Below are positions 18,102 to 27,601 of a DNA stretch of 64,000 nucleotides, in pieces. This DNA is from Bacteroidota bacterium. Lineage in GTDB: Bacteria; Bacteroidota; Bacteroidia; AKYH767-A; 2013-40CM-41-45. The notes below the pieces were generated by a model that searched no databases, was not told the DNA's origin, and saw only the letters and a program-made list of their open reading frames with translations. Location: contig SHNE01000044.1 of the NCBI GenBank assembly GCA_004295015.1, positions 3,998 through 67,997 of the forward strand. The letters are read 5' to 3'. Position numbers and translations under genes: made by a program. Numbering within the stretch: the first letter of the stretch is position 1; each line of letters opens with the position of its first letter.

Positions 18102-19178
18102 TTGAAAATTATGAAAAAGTCGATCGTTGTTTTATTGCATGTTGGATTTTGGTTATGTTACCTGCTGTTGGCAATTATCATGGTTGCAGTATATTATAGA
18201 AGCAGTGGGCATGGTTTGGATCAGACCGCAAGGATAGAAAACGCATTTAAATCAATATTAATCTTTGCCGTCTTTCCTTCAATCATAACCTTTTATCTCT
18301 CCTATTTTCTTGTATTCCCTAAACATCTCCAGCAAAAGAAAATATTCAGGTCAATTTTATTGGGCTTACTCATCTCAGTAGGTGCTGCCATATTGGGTTA
18401 TGTTGCCATACGGTATTTTATTGAAACCGGTCGTTTGATTGATATGGACAATGGGGGAAAAAACGGAAGGTCTACTGCCATAGGAGTCATCTTCGTGATG
18501 ACCATCATCGCTTCAATTTCCGGTATGGTTGCCCTGGTTATGAAAGGCTTTATAACTTGGTATGAAGAAATGAAATTGAAAGAAGAATTAAAACAAAAGA
18601 ATCATGAAACAGAAATGGCTTTACTTAAAGCCCAGCTCGACCCACACTTTTTGTTTAATACACTGAATAATATTGATGTTTTATTGATAAAAGATGCTAC
18701 GAAAGCCTCAGATTATTTAAATATGCTTAGTGATATTTTGCGTTTTATGCTGTACGAAACTAAAACAGACACCATATTGCTTGAAAAGGAAATTGAATAT
18801 ATCCATAAGTATATTGAATTGCAAAAAATAAGAACCTCTAATTTAAACTATGTTAATTTTGAGGTAACCGGAAACCCCGGTAATAAAATGATAGCTCCAA
18901 TGGTTTATATACCATTTATTGAAAATGCTTTCAAGCATTCCACCAATAAGAAAATAGACAATGCTATTAATGTCAAGGTATTTATTAATAAAGACAACAT
19001 TCTGTTTATTTGTGAAAACAAATTCGATTCAAGTAGAATGATTAAACAAGATAGTGGGGGATTGGGAAATGAACTTATTAAAAAACGACTAAATCTACTT
19101 TACCCCGATATGCACAACTTAGAAATAGTTAATCAAAGTGATAATTATAGTGTACTTTTAACTATACAATATGGATAA
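18102..19178 (+). CDS. LytS/YehU-type sensor histidine kinase
   Basis: N-terminal transmembrane helices. LKAQLDPHFLFNTLNNI is the His_kinase (PF06580-type) H-box. A C-terminal HATPase region follows. The gene overlaps the downstream response-regulator gene by 8 nt. Confidence 0.8.
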   Translation: MKIMKKSIVVLLHVGFWLCYLLLAIIMVAVYYRSSGHGLDQTARIENAFKSILIFAVFPSIITFYLSYFLVFPKHLQQKKIFRSILLGLLISVGAAILGYVAIRYFIETGRLIDMDNGGKNGRSTAIGVIFVMTIIASISGMVALVMKGFITWYEEMKLKEELKQKNHETEMALLKAQLDPHFLFNTLNNIDVLLIKDATKASDYLNMLSDILRFMLYETKTDTILLEKEIEYIHKYIELQKIRTSNLNYVNFEVTGNPGNKMIAPMVYIPFIENAFKHSTNKKIDNAINVKVFINKDNILFICENKFDSSRMIKQDSGGLGNELIKKRLNLLYPDMHNLEIVNQSDNYSVLLTIQYG

Positions 19179-19866
19179 GTATTCCTGTATAATCATTGAA
19201 GACGAACCCTTGGCTCTGCACAGAACCAAGGGATTTGTCGATAAAATACCTTTCCTGAATTTATCCGCAACTTTTGATAATGCGCTAAGTGGTCTCACTT
19301 ATTTAAAATCAAATAAAGTCGATTTGCTTTTTCTGGATATTAATATGGATGAATTGTCCGGCATTGAATTACTGGAAAACTCTAAAATTGACAGTCAGGT
19401 TATTATTACGACGGCATATCAGGAATATGCTCTAAAGGGTTATGAATTAAATGTAACCGATTACCTCCTGAAACCATTTAATTTTGACCGCTTTTTAAAA
19501 GCAGTAAATAAAGCTCAGGAAAATCTTCAGAAGTCTCAATCTGTTAATCCGGCCAATTTTATTTTCGTCAAAACAGAAAATCGACTGGAAAAGATTGAAA
19601 TTAATGACATACTATTTATAGAAGGAATGCGGGATTACCGTAGAATTCATACTGTGAGTAAACGGATTATGACTCTACAAAATTTTTCAGAGCTGGAACA
19701 GGTTTTGCCGGCTCATTTGGTATGTAGAGTCCACAAATCCTATATGGTTGGTATCAATAAAATTGAATCGATTGAGCGAAGCAGAATAAAAATCGCCGAT
19801 CAGTTGATTCCAATTTCGGATACTTACAAGGAGCTTTTTTTTCAGCTAATTAACAACCGTCTCTAA
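19171..19866 (+). CDS. LytTR-family response regulator
   Basis: Receiver domain (IIEDEPLA...LFLDINMDELSGIEL) plus a C-terminal LytTR DNA-binding domain. Confidence 0.85.
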   Translation: MDKYSCIIIEDEPLALHRTKGFVDKIPFLNLSATFDNALSGLTYLKSNKVDLLFLDINMDELSGIELLENSKIDSQVIITTAYQEYALKGYELNVTDYLLKPFNFDRFLKAVNKAQENLQKSQSVNPANFIFVKTENRLEKIEINDILFIEGMRDYRRIHTVSKRIMTLQNFSELEQVLPAHLVCRVHKSYMVGINKIESIERSRIKIADQLIPISDTYKELFFQLINNRL

Positions 19867-20002
19867 GTTTTTCCATTGCCCTTGCAGAACAAAGTGGGGA
19901 ATTGGCAGACAGCTTCCCTTGATTTGCATATTCAAATTGTCGTAACGTGCTCAGTTTTGGACTTTTGTGTAAGTATTAAACATTTAAACAAACGAACCAA
20001 AA

Positions 20003-22435
20003 ATGAAAAAGCTAATTTCTACAACATTCTTACTGATCCTGCTGAGTGGACTTGTAAGGAGCCAAAATCTAACTCAGACAGTAAGAGGTACCATTTTGGA
20101 CACCGACAGCAGACTTCCCCTCATCGGCGTCGTGGTTCAATTGAGTACAGACCTAAACATTGGTGCGACAACTGATTTGAATGGAGAGTTTCGACTGGAT
20201 AATATTCCGGTTGGAAGAATTTCATTGCAGTTATCTTATTTAGGTTATGAAAGCAAAACTATTCCTGATATTGAAGTTAACTCAGGGAAAGAGAAAGTTT
20301 TGGAACTTTCTATGCAGGAATCTCTGCTAAAACTTAAAGAGGTCGAAATTAAGGCTTACAAAAACAAGGGTGAGGCCTTGAATGAAATGTCATTAATAAG
20401 TACCCGTTCCATTTCTGCGGAAGAAACAAAACGTTATGCGGGTGGTTTGGATGACCCATCTAAAATTTTGTCGAACTATGCGGGGGTTACGGCTTCGCAA
20501 AACGGGCAAAACGATATCATCGTTCGTGGTAATTCACCAAAATATATTCAGTGGCGATTGGATGGAGTAGAGATTACCAACCCCACGCATTTTGCCGATC
20601 AAAATTCTGTAAATGGTGGTGTGAGTGCATTAAATAATAGTTTATTGGGAACATCCGATTTCTCAACCGGAGCCTTTTCACCTGAATATGGTGATGTATT
20701 ATCCGGCGTGTACGACGTAAAATTCCGTACAGGTAATAATGAGAAATATGAGACGTCAGTCGGTGTTGGAATTCAAGGAACGGATGTAACTCTTGAAGGT
20801 CCACTTAAAAAGGGATACGGAGGTTCATTTTTAATTAATTACAGATATTCAACTATTTCTCTATTGAACAAACTGAACGTATTGGATCTTGATGGAGACT
20901 TAAGTTATCAGGACGGTGCTTTTAAAATTGTACTTCCTACAAAGAAAGCCGGCGTATTCTCGGTCTTTGGCTTAGGTGGTTTAAGTTCTGCCTCTTTGAA
21001 AGATATAAAAGCAGATATGATCGCAACTCCAACTAACGGAACAATTACTGCAGAAATGAGTGAAGATTATGATAAGAGTAATTTTCTCGCAAACATTGGA
21101 TTGAATCATACCCTTCCTTGTAATGACAGGAGCTTCCTTAAAACAACCCTTTCTTATTCGAATGAAGGCATTGATGAAGATGTATTCAAAATTAAAACCA
21201 GTAAAATTTATGATGACCAGGGAGAGTTCTTGACAGATTCTATAGGTGAACGAGCACTGGATTATACAAGTAGACTAAAAAACTCAACCTATAGAGCTGC
21301 CATGGCTTACAATAATAAGTTAAATTCGAAGAATACAATTCAAGCAGGAGCAAAATATGCAGTTCATGGATATGATAATTATTTAAGTAGTATTCGTGAT
21401 AGTTCAAATCTTATGTTTTCTATGGCCGATTTCAATGAGAACATAAGCACGCTGAGAACATTTGTGAGTTGGAAACATCGCTTAACTGAAAATCTAACTG
21501 TCGTTGCAGGTGTACATAACATGAATGTACTATACAACAAGAAGAGTACTGTAGAGCCGAGGCTTGCAATAGATTGGAAGCTCAACCAAGCCAGTGCCTT
21601 GAATGCAGGGTATGGCAGACACAGCACCATGGAAAGTGTACATAACTATTTTACAAGAGTAGAACAGAAGGATGGAACTGTAACCGAGCCCAATAAAGAT
21701 TTGGATTTATTAAAGGCCGACCATTTTGTATTGGGATATGAAAAACGTTTTGGTGAAAATATCAGATTTAAGCTTGAATCATATTACCAGAAACTGTACA
21801 GCTTACCTGTTGAAAATTTTAATACCAGTTCTTATGCAACAATTAATGAAGGAGCCGATTTTAAATATGTGGATCTTGTCAATAAAGGTACTGGGAAAAA
21901 TTATGGAATAGAAATCACCCTAGAGCGATTTTTCAACAAGAATTACTACTATTTAATAAATGCTTCGATCTATGATTCAAAATACAAGACTTTAGACGGA
22001 GTAGAAAGAAATACACAGTATAACGGAAATTATCTGGTAAATGCTTTAGTTGGTAAAGAGTTCACTCACCTCGGCAGGAAGAAGAATCAGACATTAAATT
22101 TAAATACTAAAATATTTTTCGGAGGGGGAAAAAGATATATTCCTTTGCTGAGAGACGCACAAGGAAATTTGGCGGTGGATCCTGCAAACAACAAGTTCTG
22201 GGATTATGAGAAAGCATACGAAAAGAAATTTGAAGATATCTACCAGGTAAATGTGTCAGCAAGTTATAAGTGGAACAAAAACAAAGTTACACATGAACTA
22301 TTTCTGACCTTAAATAATGTTACTAATGCAAAGGCAAAATTGTCAGAGTACTATGATGAGAAACTGCCTGGAAGTATTGGTCACGTCACCCAATTTCAAT
22401 TTTTCCCTAATTTGATGTACCGATTGTATTTTTAA
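20003..22435 (+). CDS. TonB-dependent outer-membrane receptor with an N-terminal carboxypeptidase-regulatory-like domain
   Basis: Signal peptide, the CarbopepD_reg-like segment TVRGTILDTDSRLPLIGVVVQL...GEFRLDNIPVGRISLQLSYLGYESK, a plug domain, a long beta-barrel and a C-terminal aromatic residue. No SusD gene follows. Confidence 0.85.
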   Translation: MKKLISTTFLLILLSGLVRSQNLTQTVRGTILDTDSRLPLIGVVVQLSTDLNIGATTDLNGEFRLDNIPVGRISLQLSYLGYESKTIPDIEVNSGKEKVLELSMQESLLKLKEVEIKAYKNKGEALNEMSLISTRSISAEETKRYAGGLDDPSKILSNYAGVTASQNGQNDIIVRGNSPKYIQWRLDGVEITNPTHFADQNSVNGGVSALNNSLLGTSDFSTGAFSPEYGDVLSGVYDVKFRTGNNEKYETSVGVGIQGTDVTLEGPLKKGYGGSFLINYRYSTISLLNKLNVLDLDGDLSYQDGAFKIVLPTKKAGVFSVFGLGGLSSASLKDIKADMIATPTNGTITAEMSEDYDKSNFLANIGLNHTLPCNDRSFLKTTLSYSNEGIDEDVFKIKTSKIYDDQGEFLTDSIGERALDYTSRLKNSTYRAAMAYNNKLNSKNTIQAGAKYAVHGYDNYLSSIRDSSNLMFSMADFNENISTLRTFVSWKHRLTENLTVVAGVHNMNVLYNKKSTVEPRLAIDWKLNQASALNAGYGRHSTMESVHNYFTRVEQKDGTVTEPNKDLDLLKADHFVLGYEKRFGENIRFKLESYYQKLYSLPVENFNTSSYATINEGADFKYVDLVNKGTGKNYGIEITLERFFNKNYYYLINASIYDSKYKTLDGVERNTQYNGNYLVNALVGKEFTHLGRKKNQTLNLNTKIFFGGGKRYIPLLRDAQGNLAVDPANNKFWDYEKAYEKKFEDIYQVNVSASYKWNKNKVTHELFLTLNNVTNAKAKLSEYYDEKLPGSIGHVTQFQFFPNLMYRLYF

Positions 22436-22481
22436 AGTGTCCGGTTCATTAATAATAGTTCCAGAAGCTGATGTTATTATT

Positions 22482-22594
22482 TTTTGGCCACGAATGCACG
22501 GAAATGCTCTCTTCAAGTACAATTTGTCTTACAAAAATTGGAAGTCATAGAAAATAATTATATTCAGGTTTTATTCGTGCACTCGTGGCAAAAT
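22482..22594. promoter_or_regulatory. Long-range inverted repeat (about 20-bp arms, 18 of 20 matches, 72-bp spacer) upstream of the AraC regulator gene
   Basis: TTTTGGCCACGAATGCACGG at 22482-22501 against the reverse complement of TTCGTGCACTCGTGGCAAAAT at 22574-22594. Confidence 0.3.
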
Positions 22595-22644
22595 TATCTC
22601 ATTGAAAGATTTATACTTATATTTTTGTTGAACGGAAAATTCAG

Positions 22645-23508
22645 ATGAAAAAAATTCCAATTAGAAGAATTGGGCTAAATCAACATGTGCCGGAGCTTTC
22701 CGGCACATTTGTCATTCGGGATATTAAAAGCCTGTTGTCAGAAAAAGACATGAATCAGGATCTTCACCGGCACGATTATTTTTATATATTGGTTTTGGAA
22801 AAGGGTAAGGGCAGACATGATATCGATTTTATATCTTACAAAGTCTGCGACAACTGCGTATTTTTCTTGCGGCCGGGACAAGTTCACAAGTTGAATCTAA
22901 ACGCAGGGAGCAGGGGATACTTGATGCAATTCAATCCGGAGTTTTATCATCCATTGGATCATGAATCAAGGCAACTCTTAAGAAAGGCAAGCAGTAAACC
23001 CCATTGTCAGCCTGAAGCCAAAGGATTTGGCAGATTACTCAGGCTATTGGCAGATGTATTTCAGGAATTTACTGATAAGAAGGAAGGGTATCAAGAAGTG
23101 ATCCGGGCCTATTTAGGAATCTTCTTTATTGAACTTGTCAGACAGAAACAGAATATCTCGAATTCACCGGGTAAAGTTGATCTATATGATCAGGAGCGTC
23201 TCGATAAATTTTTAGAGCTTTTGGAAAGGAATATTTCGACTCATAAACAAGTGTCTGAATATGCAGAAATGATGCACCTTTCAACTTATCAGCTGAATGC
23301 AATTACCAAGGCTGCCTTAGGCAAGACTTGTTCAACTCTTATCAACGAAGCAGTAATTCTTGAAGCTAAAAGATGCTTGCTTGCTACTTCCAATCAGGTA
23401 AACCAGGTTGCATTTCAGTTAGGCTATGAGGATGTTTCATACTTTATAAGGTTCTTTAAAAAGCACAGCGGATTTTCTCCTGAGTCGTTTCGACTTAAAT
23501 TTAAATAA
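22645..23508 (+). CDS. AraC-family transcriptional regulator (cupin-like N-terminus plus AraC HTH)
   Basis: The C-terminal HTH_18 pattern (VSEYAEMMHLSTYQLNAITKAALGKTCSTLINE...VAFQLGYEDVSYFIRFFKKHSGFSP). Confidence 0.8.
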   Translation: MKKIPIRRIGLNQHVPELSGTFVIRDIKSLLSEKDMNQDLHRHDYFYILVLEKGKGRHDIDFISYKVCDNCVFFLRPGQVHKLNLNAGSRGYLMQFNPEFYHPLDHESRQLLRKASSKPHCQPEAKGFGRLLRLLADVFQEFTDKKEGYQEVIRAYLGIFFIELVRQKQNISNSPGKVDLYDQERLDKFLELLERNISTHKQVSEYAEMMHLSTYQLNAITKAALGKTCSTLINEAVILEAKRCLLATSNQVNQVAFQLGYEDVSYFIRFFKKHSGFSPESFRLKFK

Positions 23509-23595
23509 GTCCTATTCAATTTTAACTTTGTCCTATCGCGCAGTTTTTAAGCAGATTATCTTTGCTGAATAAATTAATTATTCAAAAAAGAAAAT

Positions 23596-23820
23596 ATGAA
23601 AACAAAAATGAAATTAATGGCATCTTTAAAAATTTGGCTGGCAATTTATCCATCAATCACTTTGTTCCTCTATTTGTTTGGCCAAGCCTTATCACCACTC
23701 CCGCTTTATCAAAGGACCGGTATACTAACTTTGTCACTTGTCCCTTGGATTGTGTTTGTTGGAGTTCCTTTTGTGGATTTAATCATGAGAAAGGCTTCAT
23801 CTAAAAGTGAAAAACAATAA
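23596..23820 (+). CDS. Small membrane protein (74 aa), hypothetical
   Basis: Two predicted transmembrane helices. It ends 6 nt before the next gene. A 23562 start in another frame is an alternative ORF. Confidence 0.35.
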   Translation: MKTKMKLMASLKIWLAIYPSITLFLYLFGQALSPLPLYQRTGILTLSLVPWIVFVGVPFVDLIMRKASSKSEKQ

Positions 23821-23825
23821 ATGGA

Positions 23826-24854
23826 ATGAGTTTAGTAGAAGAATTGATCATATCTTCAAGACGTGAATTCATTAAACAGAGCGGAGTAATTTTGGGCATC
23901 CTCGCTTTACCATCCCTTTTAAGAAATTTTTTAAATCAAAACGTCATGGAAGATCAGAGAAAATTTGATGTAATAATAATTGGTGGAAGTTATTCAGGAT
24001 TAGCCGCCGGAATGGCTCTGGGAAGGGCACTGAGAAAGGTATTGATTATTGATAGTAATTTACCTTGTAACAGACAGACTCCCTTTTCACATAATTTTTT
24101 AACCCATGACGGAAGTAAACCGAATGAAATTGCCGCACTTGCAAAGCAGCAAGTAGAAAGTTATTCCTCTGTTAAGTTCATTCATGGTCTTGCCACCAAT
24201 GGAGCTAAAACTGAAAAAGGATTTGAAATTGGAACCGACTCCGGCAAAACTTTTATTGCCAAGAAATTAGTTTTTGCTACAGGAATTAAAGATGTTTTTC
24301 CTTCAATCGAGGGTTTTGCCGCTTGCTGGGGAATTTCGGTTCTTCATTGCCCTTACTGTCATGGTTACGAAGTTAGAAATGAAGCCACAGGAATATTGGG
24401 GAATGGAGATTCCGGTTTTGAATTGGCCATGTTGATTTCAAATTGGACGAATGAACTCAGTGTTTTTACTAATGAGAAATCCGCATTCACCTTGGAGCAA
24501 ACAAACAAACTCAAAGAGCATAATATCATAGTATTCGAAAATAAAATTGAAAAGATTGATCATTCCGAAGGAAAGATTCAACAAATTGTTTTCAAAGAAG
24601 GAGGCGAATTTCCCATTAGTGTCCTATACGCTCCGGTTCCATTTGTTCAACACTGCACAATTCCCGGGGTTTTGGGTTGTGAAATGAATGATGCAGGATA
24701 CATTAATACAGATTCTTTTCAGAAGACCAATATAGCAGGCGTTTACGCTTGTGGTGATAACACTACCCGTATCCGAACGATTGCTAATGCTGTTTCGATG
24801 GGCACCACTGCAGGGATGATGCTAAATAAGGAAATTGTTCTTGAAGAATTTTAA
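23826..24854 (+). CDS. Thioredoxin-reductase-like FAD/NAD(P)-dependent disulfide oxidoreductase with a twin-arginine (Tat) signal
   Basis: SRREFIKQSGVILGILALPSLL matches the Tat consensus S-R-R-x-F-L-K followed by an h-region. A Rossmann GxGxxG follows (DVIIIGGSYSGLAAG), then HCPYCHG (CxxC aligned with the TrxR CAVCDG), then the distal FAD motif GVYACGD. Confidence 0.7.
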   Translation: MSLVEELIISSRREFIKQSGVILGILALPSLLRNFLNQNVMEDQRKFDVIIIGGSYSGLAAGMALGRALRKVLIIDSNLPCNRQTPFSHNFLTHDGSKPNEIAALAKQQVESYSSVKFIHGLATNGAKTEKGFEIGTDSGKTFIAKKLVFATGIKDVFPSIEGFAACWGISVLHCPYCHGYEVRNEATGILGNGDSGFELAMLISNWTNELSVFTNEKSAFTLEQTNKLKEHNIIVFENKIEKIDHSEGKIQQIVFKEGGEFPISVLYAPVPFVQHCTIPGVLGCEMNDAGYINTDSFQKTNIAGVYACGDNTTRIRTIANAVSMGTTAGMMLNKEIVLEEF

Positions 24855-25027
24855 TTTTGTACCGGGCTTATTCATCAGAAAATATTTGTTGAATTAAGCA
24901 AGTATAATAGCTGTTTAATTATAGCTAAAAATGATACTTTTGTTTCAATCGTGGAATAGATTTCCTTCTTTGTTGAATTTTCACCATTGAGGATAAGCTA
25001 CGTGTTATTTAGTTTCAAAATATCATT

Positions 25028-25468
25028 ATGAATAAAATAGTTTGGATAGCCTTAGCATTTCTTTCGGGAGCATTTCTCCCTATTCAAGCAGGCTTAAATA
25101 CAAAATTAGGCAGGGCTATTGAGAATCCTGTTTATGCATCCTTTTTCTCTTTCATAGTTGGAGCTATCGGACTTCTCATTTACATCATATTAACCAAGCA
25201 ACATATATCTTGGGGTGGAATAAGGTCGGCACCTCCATCTGTTTGGCTTGGAGGATTGTTGGGTGCTTTTTATGTAACCGTAATTATACTTGCTTTTCCG
25301 AAATTGGGGCCGGGTCTGACTTTTGGATTAATAGTAGCCGGACAAATGACTATTTCAATTTTGTTGGAGCATTTCAATATAATGGTTGTTCAACAGAGTT
25401 CAATCAGTTTTAGCAAAATTATTGGGGTAGTACTTGTTGTATTGGGCGTAATAATTATCAGACGCTAA
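25028..25468 (+). CDS. DMT-superfamily transporter (YdcZ/DUF606-like)
   Basis: 146 aa with four or five transmembrane helices. The N-terminal FLSGAFLPIQAGLNTKLG is typical of DUF606. Confidence 0.65.
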   Translation: MNKIVWIALAFLSGAFLPIQAGLNTKLGRAIENPVYASFFSFIVGAIGLLIYIILTKQHISWGGIRSAPPSVWLGGLLGAFYVTVIILAFPKLGPGLTFGLIVAGQMTISILLEHFNIMVVQQSSISFSKIIGVVLVVLGVIIIRR

Positions 25469-25623
25469 TTGGCAGAAATATATTTTTCGGAAAGGTTATT
25501 AGTCTAAAAGATCGTTGGATCAATGCCGATGGGATTGTTACGTTTGTTTCGTGTAAAAAAACTTCCTGATAAAATTTATAAAACTCCTTCTGCAAAATTT
25601 CAAAATTGTTGTACTTTGGAGGT

Positions 25624-25992
25624 ATGAATGCTCATCCTATTAATTTGGCCGTCCGCTTTCTCCTTGAACTTGTAGGTATGATTTCCATGGGGATGTGGGG
25701 ATGGAGGCAAGGCGATGGATTACTTCGATTCCTTCTCGCCTTTGGAATTCCTGTAATTGTAGCAGCCATGTGGGCAATTTTTAATGTTGCTGATGATCCT
25801 GGTCGTTCAGGCTCAGCTCCAGTTCCTGTTCCGGGGACTATTCGGCTATTGCTGGAACTGCTGTTTTTTTCATTCGCCATCTGGACATGGTACGACATGG
25901 ACTATGGTCGGATTTGTTTAGTTGTAGCCGTTATCGTAATTCTCCATTATATAGTATCCTATGACAGGATTTGGTGGCTGATCAAACATTAA
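25624..25992 (+). CDS. YrdB/DUF2568-like small membrane protein
   Basis: About 122 aa. Hydrophobic helices flank a Pro/Gly-rich loop. Composition and size are typical of YrdB. I prefer the ATG at 25624 over the TTG at 25606. Confidence 0.45.
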   Translation: MNAHPINLAVRFLLELVGMISMGMWGWRQGDGLLRFLLAFGIPVIVAAMWAIFNVADDPGRSGSAPVPVPGTIRLLLELLFFSFAIWTWYDMDYGRICLVVAVIVILHYIVSYDRIWWLIKH

Positions 25993-26100
25993 TCCTTAAC
26001 AATTGATTGCTTAAAAAATAATTGAAGTAAAATTCATATGACCAATAATTTTGACAATATTTTAAATTCAATAGCGTTTTAGCTCTAAATAAATTTTTAT

Positions 26101-27387
26101 TTGATGCGGCCTTTCCTGTTTCTGACTCTTTTATTAATTAGTTGTATCGACCTGCTTTGTTTTAATGAAGCATTTGCCTGCAGTATGTATAAGGTTACGA
26201 TTGATGATAAAACGATGGTTGGTTGTAACCATGACACATGGAATCAAACTCCTAGAATATGGTTTGAAACAGAATCTTACGGTGCTTGCTTCACAGGTGC
26301 GAGGCCTGTTGGAGAAAATAATTTTGCACCCCAATCTGGGATGAATGAATTCGGACTTGCTTTCTCACGACTTGATGCCGCAACTCCTTTGCAGGATGAT
26401 CTAAGTGCCAATAAAAAACAAATAGTGAATCCAACAGAATATCTGAAGGACATTTTGCATAAATGCAGAAATGTGGAGGAAGTAAAAATTTATGTTGATC
26501 AATATGATCGGAGTATATTTATTCACGACGTTTTTATCTATGTAGACAGATCTGGAAAGTATTTGATTGTGGAGCCATACATCACGACTATGGCTAATGA
26601 CCCTCAGTATGTATTAGCTAATTTTTGTCCTTCTCAAATAAAGGATTTCAATAGCATCAAACAAACCAGGTACATTAACGGTACAACATTTTTGAAGAAC
26701 AAATTAGACACCAGCCTAAGGTTTTGCAGAGAATTATCAGACACTATGCATGTATGTCGACAAAAAATCGGAGATGGTACTTTGCTTACAAGTATTTGGG
26801 ATTTGAAGGAAACAACTACATACTTATATTTCTACCATGACTACGAACATATGGTACAATTCAATTTAAAGGAAGAGTTAGCTAAAGGAGATCATATATT
26901 GGACATCACGACATTGTTTCCGCCTAACAAAGAGTTTGAAAAGTTGGCCAGCTTCAAAACGCCATTGAACAGTTTTCTTGTTGATAGATTTTTACGATTT
27001 TGTCTAGTGCTTTTTTTGTTTCTTTCATTCTACTACCTGTACACTTACTTCAGAAAAGCTAAAAGCCTTCCGTATTCCAATATCAAAGTGGGATTGTTCC
27101 TCCTTAGTTCCCTAATGAGTTATTACATCTTTGTTTTGGCTACAAAAATAAATATCTATTATTTTCCGGCACCCTACCAGGAACAGGATTTTTCATTGGT
27201 TAATGTGCTTAGTTTTATTCCTTTCTTGCTTTTACTTTTACTTATTCCTTTACTTAGATTTAATAGAAAATTATTCAGAGAGAAAAGCTGGACAATGATT
27301 TCTACCTGGATTCTAACATTGAATAATTTGGTGTTCATTGCCTTATTGTTTCTGTTTTTCTATTGGGGATTTTATGATATTTTTTAA
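26101..27387 (+). CDS. N-terminal Ntn-hydrolase (choloylglycine hydrolase / linear amide C-N hydrolase-like) domain fused to a C-terminal polytopic membrane domain
   Basis: The signal peptide ends ...AFA, directly followed by CSMYKVTIDDKTMVGCNHDTW. This fits the N-terminal nucleophile Cys plus the GRNxDW pattern of the C59 family. The last 150 aa contain about five transmembrane helices. Confidence 0.5.
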   Translation: MMRPFLFLTLLLISCIDLLCFNEAFACSMYKVTIDDKTMVGCNHDTWNQTPRIWFETESYGACFTGARPVGENNFAPQSGMNEFGLAFSRLDAATPLQDDLSANKKQIVNPTEYLKDILHKCRNVEEVKIYVDQYDRSIFIHDVFIYVDRSGKYLIVEPYITTMANDPQYVLANFCPSQIKDFNSIKQTRYINGTTFLKNKLDTSLRFCRELSDTMHVCRQKIGDGTLLTSIWDLKETTTYLYFYHDYEHMVQFNLKEELAKGDHILDITTLFPPNKEFEKLASFKTPLNSFLVDRFLRFCLVLFLFLSFYYLYTYFRKAKSLPYSNIKVGLFLLSSLMSYYIFVLATKINIYYFPAPYQEQDFSLVNVLSFIPFLLLLLLIPLLRFNRKLFREKSWTMISTWILTLNNLVFIALLFLFFYWGFYDIF

Positions 27388-27568
27388 GGAATTGTTTTTG
27401 TCTCGTCCTGAAAAAACCTTACAGGTTCTTATTGTTAGTACTGGTTTTCCTTGACATATTCTGAGTACTATATTACACAATTATTATTAATCTTTGTGTC
27501 GTTAGGTGAAGCGGAGTGGAGCTCTGCTGGAGAGCAACTTCTCAAGGAATAACCTAACCCGATAGTAT

Positions 27569-27601
27569 GACAGGAATCTAACTTTAAGATTCCTGTTTTT
27601 T
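27569..27601 (+). terminator. Hairpin plus T7 run at the junction between the upstream gene region and the IS element
   Basis: ACAGGAATC-taactttaa-GATTCCTGT followed by TTTTTTT. Confidence 0.45.

Noticed and set aside
19876-20175. 99-aa ORF overlapping the start of the TonB-dependent receptor gene
   Set aside because: It is in a different frame from a gene with a clear signal peptide and a conserved N-terminal domain. Its composition (R/H/P-rich) is typical of an out-of-frame translation.
25632-25898. 88-aa minus-strand ORF antisense to the YrdB-like gene
   Set aside because: It lies entirely inside the hydrophobic coding region on the other strand and is Pro/Arg/Ser-rich, which marks it as a shadow ORF.
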